DNA from: an uncultured Chloroflexia bacterium | GTDB lineage: Bacteria > Chloroflexota > Limnocylindria > Limnocylindrales > CSP1-4 | Length of the DNA: 64,000 bases | Direction of reading: 5' to 3' | Assembly (NCBI GenBank): GCA_963713975.1 | Contig: OY970218.1 | Coordinates: 2,656,001 to 2,720,000 of the forward strand | Part shown: positions 38,132 to 46,319 of the stretch, in pieces | Layout: each line of letters begins with the position of its first letter | How positions within the stretch are numbered: position 1 is the first letter of the stretch | Notes under the pieces: model-generated | The model's database searches: none | What the model was told of the DNA's origin: nothing | Seen by the model: only the letters and a program-made list of their open reading frames with translations | Made by a program: the position numbers and the translations under genes

Positions 38132-38539
38132 ATGACCGACCGACCGCTCAAGGTGCTGATCGCGAAGCCGGGCCTCGACGGCCATGATCGAGGCGCCAAG
38201 GTGCTCGCCCGTGGCCTCCGCGACGAGGGCTTCGAGGTGGTGTACACGGGGCTTCGCCAGACCCCCGAGATGATCGTGACGGCGGCCCTCCAGGAGGACG
38301 TCGACGTGGTCGGCCTCTCGATCCTGTCGGGCGCCCACATGACCCTGGTGCCCCGGGTCTGCACCCAGCTGCGAGAGCGCGGCCTGGACGACGTCCTGGT
38401 GACCGTGGGTGGGATCATCCCCGACGACGACGTCGAGCCCCTGCGCGCGGCCGGTGTCGCCGGTGTCTTCGGACCGGGGACGACCATTCGCGAGGTCGCC
38501 GACTTCATCCGTGCCAACGCCACCCCGCGCGCCGAGTGA
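38132..38539 (+). CDS. icmB: Acyl-CoA mutase cobalamin-binding small subunit
   Basis: [22 protein letters not shown]. Confidence 0.88.
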   Translation: MTDRPLKVLIAKPGLDGHDRGAKVLARGLRDEGFEVVYTGLRQTPEMIVTAALQEDVDVVGLSILSGAHMTLVPRVCTQLRERGLDDVLVTVGGIIPDDDVEPLRAAGVAGVFGPGTTIREVADFIRANATPRAE

Positions 38540-38552
38540 CGCGGGATCCGGC

Positions 38553-39554
38553 GTGACGCAGGATCCGGCCGAGCGCGCCGCGGTCCTCGCCGACGCCGCC
38601 CGCGCGGGCGACCGGCGGTCCCTCGCCAGGCTGCTGACCGCGGTCGAGAACCACACGGCGGTCGCCGAGCACGCACTGCGCCGCCTCTATCCCGTGGCCG
38701 GTAGGGCACACCTGGTGGGGATCACGGGCCCGCCGGGAGCCGGCAAGTCCACCCTGGTCGCATCGCTCATCGCCGAGCTGCGCAAGGCCGGGCGATCCGT
38801 GGCGGTCGTGGCCGTTGACCCGTCATCGCCGATCACCGGCGGCGCGCTCCTGGGTGACCGCGTCCGCATGCAGTCCTACGCCGCCGACGACGCGGTGTTC
38901 ATCCGCTCGATGGCGTCCCGCGGGCACGCCGGCGGGCTGGCGTCCACGTCCACCGCTGCGGCCGCCGTGCTCGACGCATCGGGCTTCGACATCGTGCTGC
39001 TGGAGACGGTCGGCACGGGCCAGAGCGAGGTCGAGGTGGCGGCTGCCGCCGACACGACCGTGGTGCTCGAGGCGCCCGAGATGGGCGACGAGGTGCAGGC
39101 AATCAAGGCAGGCCTGCTCGAAGTCGCGGACCTGGTCGTGGTCAACAAGGGAGACCGCCCTGGCGCCCAGCGGACTGCCGCCCAGCTGCGGGCAATGCTC
39201 GTGCCGTCGGTCGGGCGTGCCGAGACGGATCCCTCGCGGCCGACCCCCAAGCACCCCGAGGTCCTGGTCACCACGGCCTCGACCGGCGAGGGGGTCCCGG
39301 AGCTGCTCGTGGCCCTGGATCGGCATCGTGCCGCCGGCGTGGATGGACCGACGCGTGCGGCGCGCAGGACGAGAGCCGGGGCACAGGTGCGGGCCGTGGT
39401 CGTAGAGCGGATCTGGGCTCGCCTGGCGGCGCCGGGACTGGCCGGGAAGACGGACGCGGCGATCGATGCGGTGGCCAGCCACGAGATGGACCCGTACGCG
39501 GCGGCCGATCGTCTGCTGGCCGCCCTGGACGCTCGGGATGAGGAGCAGCGATGA
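38553..39554 (+). CDS. meaB: Mutase-associated GTPase
   Basis: GPPGAGKS, VDPSS, GDRVRM, ETVG, NKxD. Confidence 0.93.
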   Translation: MTQDPAERAAVLADAARAGDRRSLARLLTAVENHTAVAEHALRRLYPVAGRAHLVGITGPPGAGKSTLVASLIAELRKAGRSVAVVAVDPSSPITGGALLGDRVRMQSYAADDAVFIRSMASRGHAGGLASTSTAAAAVLDASGFDIVLLETVGTGQSEVEVAAAADTTVVLEAPEMGDEVQAIKAGLLEVADLVVVNKGDRPGAQRTAAQLRAMLVPSVGRAETDPSRPTPKHPEVLVTTASTGEGVPELLVALDRHRAAGVDGPTRAARRTRAGAQVRAVVVERIWARLAAPGLAGKTDAAIDAVASHEMDPYAAADRLLAALDARDEEQR

Positions 39555-40411
39555 GCATCGAGCGGGTGTTCGTGGCCGGGGCCGGGCTGATGGGCCACGG
39601 GATCGCACAGGTGCACGCGGCCATCGGCAAGCGGGTCGTGCTCTACGAGCCCGATCTCGCCCGGGCCGAAGCCGGCCGCGGACGCATCGCCACCAGCCTG
39701 GACCGGGCGATCGCGAAGCGAAGGATCACGGTCGAGGAGCGCGATGCTCTCCTCGACCTCCTCAGCACCACGGACGACCTGGAGGCAGCGGCGGATGCCG
39801 ACCTCGTCATCGAGGCCGTGTTCGAGGACGTCGACGTCAAGACGGGGCTGTGGACGGCCCTGGACCGGATCGCGCCGGCGAGCGCCGTCTTCGCGACCAA
39901 CACCTCGTCGATCGCCATCGACCGCCTGGCCGCCGCGGTGGGGGAGGCGAGGAGAGCCCGGTTCGCGGGCATGCACTTCTTCTCGCCGGTCCCGGTGATG
40001 CCGCTGATCGAGCTGATCCGGGGCACGGCGACCGGTGACGAGACGGAGGCCGCCCTCCGGGAGCTGGCCGCCGGGCTGGGCAAGCAGGTGATCGTGTCGG
40101 CGGATCGCCCCGGGTTCATCGTCAACCGGATCCTCATGCCCTTCCTGGGCGAGGCGATGCGGGCGTTCGAGGAGGGCCTGGGCACGGCCGAGGACATCGA
40201 CACCGGCGCGCGGGTGGGGCTCAACCACCCGATGGGGCCGCTCGAGCTCGCGGACTTCATCGGCCTCGACGTCGTCCTCGGCATCATGCGGGTGCTCAAC
40301 GAGGGGTTCGACCAGCCGCAGTTCGCGCCACCGGCGGTTCTCGAGCGCCTCGTCGCCGAGGGACACCTCGGGCAGAAGACCGGTCGGGGGTTCCACGTCT
40401 ACCCGCGCTGA
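39551..40411 (+). CDS. hbd: 3-hydroxybutyryl-CoA dehydrogenase
   Basis: GAGLMG, TNTSS, GMHFF, PGFIVNR, HPMGP. Confidence 0.9.
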   Translation: MSIERVFVAGAGLMGHGIAQVHAAIGKRVVLYEPDLARAEAGRGRIATSLDRAIAKRRITVEERDALLDLLSTTDDLEAAADADLVIEAVFEDVDVKTGLWTALDRIAPASAVFATNTSSIAIDRLAAAVGEARRARFAGMHFFSPVPVMPLIELIRGTATGDETEAALRELAAGLGKQVIVSADRPGFIVNRILMPFLGEAMRAFEEGLGTAEDIDTGARVGLNHPMGPLELADFIGLDVVLGIMRVLNEGFDQPQFAPPAVLERLVAEGHLGQKTGRGFHVYPR

Positions 40412-40433
40412 GATCTGGAGGAGCGTCGCCGCC

Positions 40434-41669
40434 ATGGAGCAGCAGCCCGGACCCAACGGCCACGTCTATCTCGTCAGCGCCGCCCGGACCCCGATCGGGA
40501 AGTTCGGTGGCGCCCTTGCCGGCCTGTCGGCCGTGGACCTCGGGGCCGTGGCGATCCGCGCCGCGGTGGACCGCTCGGGGCTGTCGCCCGATGTGGCCAT
40601 CGACGAGGTCCTGATGGGCCAGGTGCTCCAGGCAGGGGCCGGCCAGGCGCCGGCACGCCAGGCGCTGCTGCAGGCGGGCCTGGCCGACACGACCCCGGCG
40701 ACGACCATCAACCGGGTCTGCGGCTCCGGGCTGAAGGCGATCATGCTCGCCGCGGCGGGCATCCGGGCGGGCGACGGCGACCTCTACGTGGCGGGCGGCA
40801 TGGAGTCCATGGACCAGGCGCCGTTCCTGCTGCGCAAGGCCCGGTTCGGCTACCGGCTGGGCGCCGGCTCGCTGGACGACGCCGCCGTTGCCGATGGGCT
40901 GTGGTGCGCGGTCGAGGACTGCCACATGGGCACCCACGCGGAGCGCGTGGCGATCAGCAACGACGTGTCACGCGAGGACCAGGACGCGTTCGCACTCGAG
41001 AGCCACCGGCGAGCGGTGGCCGCCCAGGATGCCGGGCGGTTCGACGCGGAGATGGCGGCGGTGACCGTGCGGGACGCGAAGGGGCGCGAGACCGAGGTCT
41101 GCGTGGACGAGGGCCCGCGCCGGGACTCCACGCTCGAGGCGCTGGCGAGGCTCAAGCCGGCGTTCGCGCTGCCCGACGGCGATGACCGGGGCGACGCGAC
41201 CGTCGGGACCGTCACGGCCGGCAATGCGCCCGGGATCACGGACGGAGCGGCGGCCCTGGTGGTGGCCTCCGAGCGGGCCGTTGAGCGGCACGGGCTCGCA
41301 CCGCTCGCGCGCATCGTCGGCTACGCGCAGGCGGAGGTGGCGCCGAAGTGGCTGTTCCTGGCTCCGGTCGCCGGCGTCCGTGCGCTGGAGCGGCGCACCG
41401 GCCTCGCGCCCGACGCATTCGACCTGGTCGAGCTCAACGAGGCCTTCGCGGCGCAGGTCCTCGCCGATGGCAGGGATCTCGGCCTCGATTGGGCGAGGGT
41501 GAACGTGAACGGGGGCGCGATCGCGCTGGGCCACCCGATCGGGGCGTCCGGTGCGCGGATCGCGGCGACGCTCGTCCACGAGCTCGTGCGCCGGGGCGGC
41601 CGATACGGCCTCGCGACGCTGTGTCTGGGCGGCGGCGGCTCCGTGGCGATGGCGGTCGAGCGCGTCTGA
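40434..41669 (+). CDS. Acetyl-CoA C-acetyltransferase (thiolase)
   Basis: NRVCGSG, NEAF, GHPIGASG, CLGGG. Confidence 0.95.
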   Translation: MEQQPGPNGHVYLVSAARTPIGKFGGALAGLSAVDLGAVAIRAAVDRSGLSPDVAIDEVLMGQVLQAGAGQAPARQALLQAGLADTTPATTINRVCGSGLKAIMLAAAGIRAGDGDLYVAGGMESMDQAPFLLRKARFGYRLGAGSLDDAAVADGLWCAVEDCHMGTHAERVAISNDVSREDQDAFALESHRRAVAAQDAGRFDAEMAAVTVRDAKGRETEVCVDEGPRRDSTLEALARLKPAFALPDGDDRGDATVGTVTAGNAPGITDGAAALVVASERAVERHGLAPLARIVGYAQAEVAPKWLFLAPVAGVRALERRTGLAPDAFDLVELNEAFAAQVLADGRDLGLDWARVNVNGGAIALGHPIGASGARIAATLVHELVRRGGRYGLATLCLGGGGSVAMAVERV

Positions 41670-43171
41670 TGTCCAACCCCGAGCCCGAGACCTACCGCCT
41701 GTTCATCGCCGGCCGCTGGGTGGAGTCCGTCTCAGGAGACAGCTTCGAGAGCGTGAACCCGGCCGACACCCGTGACGTGGTGGGTCGCTTCCAGGCCGGC
41801 ACCAGGGCCGACGTGGCCATGGCCGTCCGCGCCGCCGGCGATGCCTTCGATGCCTGGCGCGCGACCCCGGCGCCCAAGCGCGGCGAGCTCCTCTACCGCT
41901 TCGGCGCGCTCATGGCCGAGCACAAGGAACGGCTCGCCCGGGCGATGACCCGCGAGATGGGCAAGGTGCTGGCCGAGGCCCGCGGCGACGTGCAGGAGGG
42001 CATCGACATCGCGTTTCTCATGGCCGGCGAGGGGCGGCGCATGTTCGGCGACACGGTACCGAGCGAGCTGCCGGACAAGTGGGCGATGAGCATCCGCCAG
42101 CCGATCGGGATCGCCGGCATCGTGACGCCCTGGAACTTCCCCATGGCGATCCCGTGCTGGAAGATGATGCCCGCACTGGTGGCCGGCAACACGGTCGTCT
42201 TCAAGCCCTCCAGCGACGCACCCCATTGCGCGACGCTCCTGGTCGAGCTCATGGACGAGGCGGGCTTCCCGCCCGGCGTGGTGAACCTGGTGACCGGCGG
42301 TGGCACCGAGGTGGGGGACGCCATCGTCGACAGCCCGGACGTGCCGGTCATCTCCTTCACCGGCTCCTCGGCCACGGGGCGGTCCATCGCCGAGCGCGCG
42401 GGCCGGCGGCTCAAGCGGCTCAGCCTGGAGCTGGGCGGCAAGAACGCGGTCGTCGTCCTGCGTGACGCCGACCTTGACCTCGCCGTGGACGGGATCCTGT
42501 GGTCGGCGTTCGGCACCACCGGCCAGCGCTGCACGGCCTGCTCCCGCGTGATCGCGGACGCCCCGATCGCCGACGAGCTGGTGGCGCGCCTCGCGACCCG
42601 TGCCGCGGCCCTCCGGCTGGGCTCAGGGCTGGACGAGTCGGTCGAGGTGGGCCCACTGGTCAACGCCCCCGCCGTGGACAAGGTGGAGGGATACGTGGTG
42701 ATCGGTCGCGGGGAGGGAGACCTCGTGACCGGCGGCGCACGAGCGACCGGCGGCGACCTGGACCACGGGCACTTCTTCCAGCCCACGATCTTCGCCGGCG
42801 TGGGCTCGATGAGCCGGATCGCCCAGGAGGAGATCTTCGGACCCGTGCTGTCGGTGGTCCCGGTGGACGGCTACGCGGAGGCGGTGGCCGCCGCGAACCA
42901 CGTGCGCTACGGTCTCTCGGCGTCGATCTTCACGCGCGACGTGAACACCGCCTTCCGGGCGATGCGTGACTTCGAGACCGGCATCGTCTACGTCAATGCT
43001 GGGACGACCGGCGCCGAGACCCACCTGCCGTTCGGCGGCTGGAAGGACACGGGCAACGGCCACCGCGAGGCCGGCCACGTCGCCCTCGACACGTTCACCG
43101 AGTGGAAGTCGGTCTACATCGACTACAGCGGCCGGCTCCAGCGTGCCCAGATCGACAACCAGCCATCGTGA
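41669..43171 (+). CDS. Aldehyde dehydrogenase
   Basis: PWNFP, FTGS, ELGGKN, GQRC, EEIFGP, PFGG. Confidence 0.95.
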   Translation: MSNPEPETYRLFIAGRWVESVSGDSFESVNPADTRDVVGRFQAGTRADVAMAVRAAGDAFDAWRATPAPKRGELLYRFGALMAEHKERLARAMTREMGKVLAEARGDVQEGIDIAFLMAGEGRRMFGDTVPSELPDKWAMSIRQPIGIAGIVTPWNFPMAIPCWKMMPALVAGNTVVFKPSSDAPHCATLLVELMDEAGFPPGVVNLVTGGGTEVGDAIVDSPDVPVISFTGSSATGRSIAERAGRRLKRLSLELGGKNAVVVLRDADLDLAVDGILWSAFGTTGQRCTACSRVIADAPIADELVARLATRAAALRLGSGLDESVEVGPLVNAPAVDKVEGYVVIGRGEGDLVTGGARATGGDLDHGHFFQPTIFAGVGSMSRIAQEEIFGPVLSVVPVDGYAEAVAAANHVRYGLSASIFTRDVNTAFRAMRDFETGIVYVNAGTTGAETHLPFGGWKDTGNGHREAGHVALDTFTEWKSVYIDYSGRLQRAQIDNQPS

Positions 43172-43248
43172 CCGTACGGCGCGCGAACGAGCGCGCACGG
43201 CGGTCGGGCGCGCGCGGTCGCGCACTTGCGCTATCCTTCCGCCGGTCC

Positions 43249-43323
43249 GGGCCGGTAGCTCAACGGTAGAGCAAGTGACTCTTAATCACTAGGTTCAGGG
43301 TTCGAGTCCCTGCCGGCTCACCA
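43249..43323 (+). tRNA. tRNA-Lys(CUU)
   Basis: Acceptor GGGCCGG/CCGGCTC, anticodon arm AGTGA-CT-CTT-AA-TCACT, TTCGAGT, CCA. Confidence 0.97.
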
Positions 43324-43368
43324 TTCACACGCGCACCATCGAAGGCCAGTCCAAGACCGGAGACCGCC

Positions 43369-43539
43369 GTGGCGAAGCTCAGCATCTCGCTCGACCTGAC
43401 GCTCATGCTGCTGGCGGCGGCGTTCTTCACGGCCGTTGGCTTCGTCACCGGTGCCACGTTCTTCGTGATCCTGTGCGGGGCGTGCCTGGGACTGATCCTG
43501 ATCGAGATCGTGACGCACCGCGGCCACGTCACCGAATAG
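43369..43539 (+). CDS. Small two-helix membrane protein, 56 aa (absent from the ORF track)
   Basis: GGAG RBS, GTG start, MAKLSISLDLTLMLLAAAFFTAVGFVTGATFFVILCGACLGLILIEIVTHRGHVTE, strong GC3 bias. Confidence 0.65.
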   Translation: MAKLSISLDLTLMLLAAAFFTAVGFVTGATFFVILCGACLGLILIEIVTHRGHVTE

Positions 43540-43656
43540 CCTCGGTCGACCGCCCCTCGGGCGCCGCTCGCCCTCGCCGGCGCGACCGCCTCGGGTTGCG
43601 CTGGCCACGCTGGCCCCCGGTGCTCCACTCCGTCTGCCGCACCCGCTAGCATCGGC

Positions 43657-45192
43657 GTGATGAGCAGCCGCATCCGGCACCTTCTCCCCGTCGTGGCGGT
43701 GGTCGGCGCCTCCCTCGTCGTCGCAACCGTGGCGGTGGCCGTGCTCGAGACCACCCTCGGCATGGACAACGCCTCGTCCGCGTACCTCGTGGCCGTGGTC
43801 GCGGTCGCGCTGCTGGTCGGGACCGGGGGCGCCATCGTCACGGCCGTCGGATCGGCCGCCCTCTACAACGTCCTGTTCACCGAGCCACGCTATACCTTCG
43901 AGATCCACGAGCCGGGCGTGCTGCTCAGCGTGGTGCTCCTCCTGTTCGTGGGTGTCGTCGTCGGGCAGCTTGCCGCGCTCCAGCGCCAGCGGGCCGAGGC
44001 TGCCACGGCGCGCGAGCACGAGGCCCGTGCCCTGTTCGGGGTCAGCCGGTCACTGGCCACCCGCAACTCCATCGGGGAGGCACTCAGCGCCATCCTCGAC
44101 GTGCTGGTCACCGAAGCCGGGCTGGAGCGGGCATGGGTCGGGATCGGGCCGGATCCGGCGGTGGAGACGGTGGCTGCCGACACCGGCGATGGCCGTCCCC
44201 CGACCGCGCCCGGCCGGCTGCGGGTGCTCCAGCGCACCCCGGGTGACGAGCCCGCCCGCTGGGTGCTGGTGCAGCGACCCGGTGTGGCCGCCAGGTCGCC
44301 GGGTGCCGTGGACACCTACCGGGTCCGCATCGAGGCGAGCGGGGAGCCTCAGGGATCTATCTGGGCGACCCGTGCGCGGGAGCCCGGGGAACCGGATCCG
44401 GTCCAGAGCCGGCTGCTCGTGGCAGTCGCGGACCAGGTCGGGCAGGCGATCATGCACGATCGTGCGGCGGACCAGTCGCGGGCAGCGGACGTCGCGCACC
44501 AGAGCGACGCGCTCAAGTCGGCACTGCTGCAGTCCGTGTCGCACGACCTGCGGACGCCGCTGGCCACGATCCGCGCCGCGGCAGGTGGCCTTCGTCCGGG
44601 CAGCGCGCTGTCGGACGACGACAGGAGGGCCAGCGCAGATGCGATCGAGCGGGAGGTCGAGTACCTCAACCGGCTGGTGACCAATCTCCTCGACCTGTCG
44701 CGGATCGAGGCCGGGGCACTCCGGGCGCAGCGTGAGCTGTTCGATCTCGATGACCTCCTCGCCCGCTCCCTGGACAGCGTTCGCACCCGCCTCGACGGAC
44801 GGTCGCTGGAGACCGGCCTGCGGGCCTCGCCTGTCGAGGTCGACGCGGTCTTCGTCGACGAGGCAGTGACCAATCTCCTCGACAACGCGATCAAGTACAC
44901 GCCGGAAGGATCCCGGATCCGGGTCACAGCGCGGGATGTCGGGCCGCAGCTGGTCAGGCTCACCGTGGAGGACGATGGACCGGGGGTGCCCGACGAGGTG
45001 CTGGGCCGGCTGTTCGAGAAGTTCTACCGGGTGCCGGCCGGCCGCCGCCGGTCGAGGGAGGGAACGGGAATCGGGCTCGCGGTCACCCGCGGCCTCGTGG
45101 AGGCGACAGGGGGCACCGTGGTGGCGCGCCGCAGCGAGCTCGGCGGGCTCGCCGTGGACATCGACCTCCCGTCCCGCGAGGTCCCGGGCTGA
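43657..45192 (+). CDS. kdpD: KdpD-like histidine kinase (DUF4118-GAF-HK only)
   Basis: 4-TM DUF4118 (YNVLFTEPRYTF), SVSHDLRTPL, NLLDNAIKY, DDGPG, GTGIGL. Confidence 0.85.
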   Translation: MMSSRIRHLLPVVAVVGASLVVATVAVAVLETTLGMDNASSAYLVAVVAVALLVGTGGAIVTAVGSAALYNVLFTEPRYTFEIHEPGVLLSVVLLLFVGVVVGQLAALQRQRAEAATAREHEARALFGVSRSLATRNSIGEALSAILDVLVTEAGLERAWVGIGPDPAVETVAADTGDGRPPTAPGRLRVLQRTPGDEPARWVLVQRPGVAARSPGAVDTYRVRIEASGEPQGSIWATRAREPGEPDPVQSRLLVAVADQVGQAIMHDRAADQSRAADVAHQSDALKSALLQSVSHDLRTPLATIRAAAGGLRPGSALSDDDRRASADAIEREVEYLNRLVTNLLDLSRIEAGALRAQRELFDLDDLLARSLDSVRTRLDGRSLETGLRASPVEVDAVFVDEAVTNLLDNAIKYTPEGSRIRVTARDVGPQLVRLTVEDDGPGVPDEVLGRLFEKFYRVPAGRRRSREGTGIGLAVTRGLVEATGGTVVARRSELGGLAVDIDLPSREVPG

Positions 45193-45935
45193 TGCACCAC
45201 CCCGGACCGGGCCCCACGATCCTCGTGGTCGAGGACGACACCGAGACGCGATCCGCGCTCGTGCGAGAGCTGATCGCGGGCGGGTATGGGGTCGTGGAAG
45301 CCGCGGACGGGCGCAGTGCCCTGGAGCGGTGGGCCGCGCGCCGGCCGGACCTCGTGCTCCTCGACCTGGGGCTGCCCGACATCGACGGCCTGCAGGTCGT
45401 GGCCACCATCCGCCGCGAGGCGGCCACGCCGATCGTGATCCTCTCCGGCCGCTACGAGGAGCGCGAGAAGGTGGAGGCGCTCGACCGCGGCGCCGACGAC
45501 TACGTGACCAAGCCGTTCGGCGTGGACGAGCTCAGGGCCCGGTTGCGCGTCGCGCTGCGCCGGGCTGCCGGTCCCGGGGGAGACGCCGCGGGCCGGATCA
45601 CGGTGGGGTCACTGGTCCTCGACGTGGTCGGCCACGAGGTCCGGGTAGCAGGACGCCCACTCGACCTCACGCCGCGTGAGTTCGAGCTCCTGCGGGTGCT
45701 GCTCATGCACCGCGGTCGCGTGGCGACCAAGGGCCGGTTGCTGCGGGCCGTCTGGGGAGAGGCCTACCAGGGCGAGGACAGCTACATCTACGTACACGTG
45801 AGCCAGCTCCGCCGCAAGCTCGCCGCCGCCGATCCCGATGGCGGCCTGGGGACGCTGATCCTCACCGAGCCCGGCGTCGGGTACCGCATCCGTGATGACC
45901 CGGCCACGGGCAGCGTGGCGGACGAGGTCCTTTAG
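45192..45935 (+). CDS. kdpE: KdpE-like OmpR-family response regulator
   Basis: LLDLGLPDIDG, GADDYVTKPF, TEPGVGYR. Confidence 0.88.
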   Translation: MHHPGPGPTILVVEDDTETRSALVRELIAGGYGVVEAADGRSALERWAARRPDLVLLDLGLPDIDGLQVVATIRREAATPIVILSGRYEEREKVEALDRGADDYVTKPFGVDELRARLRVALRRAAGPGGDAAGRITVGSLVLDVVGHEVRVAGRPLDLTPREFELLRVLLMHRGRVATKGRLLRAVWGEAYQGEDSYIYVHVSQLRRKLAAADPDGGLGTLILTEPGVGYRIRDDPATGSVADEVL

Positions 45936-46003
45936 GGAAACCATAGGCCACCGGATCCGAGTCGCAACCGTCCCCTCTTGGCGCGCCGGCGGATGCTGGT
46001 GGC

Positions 46004-46252
46004 ATGGAAACCGCCGTCGAGGTCATCGGCCGCTCCGCGCCCGCCTGGGCTGGGGAGGAGCGACTGGTCCGCGAGGCCATCCTGATGGTCGCGTCGCAGG
46101 CGGCACCCCGCGTCCTCGTCGCCGGGATCGTCTTCGGGGAGCTGATCCTGGACACGTGCAAGCGCGCGGCGCTCGAAGCCGGCGTTCGCGTGGTCCCACG
46201 AACCACCGCAAGGGAGGATCGGCTCGACATCGTCGTCGAAGCCATTCGCTGA
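46004..46252 (+). CDS. Hypothetical protein, 82 aa
   Basis: Protein-like alpha/beta pattern, GC3 bias. Confidence 0.65.
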   Translation: METAVEVIGRSAPAWAGEERLVREAILMVASQAAPRVLVAGIVFGELILDTCKRAALEAGVRVVPRTTAREDRLDIVVEAIR

Positions 46253-46319
46253 TGCCCGACTGCCCGACAACCCCGCTCGGAGAGCCTGACTCCGAGCCAC
46301 TCCAGCTCTGGACGGCGTC

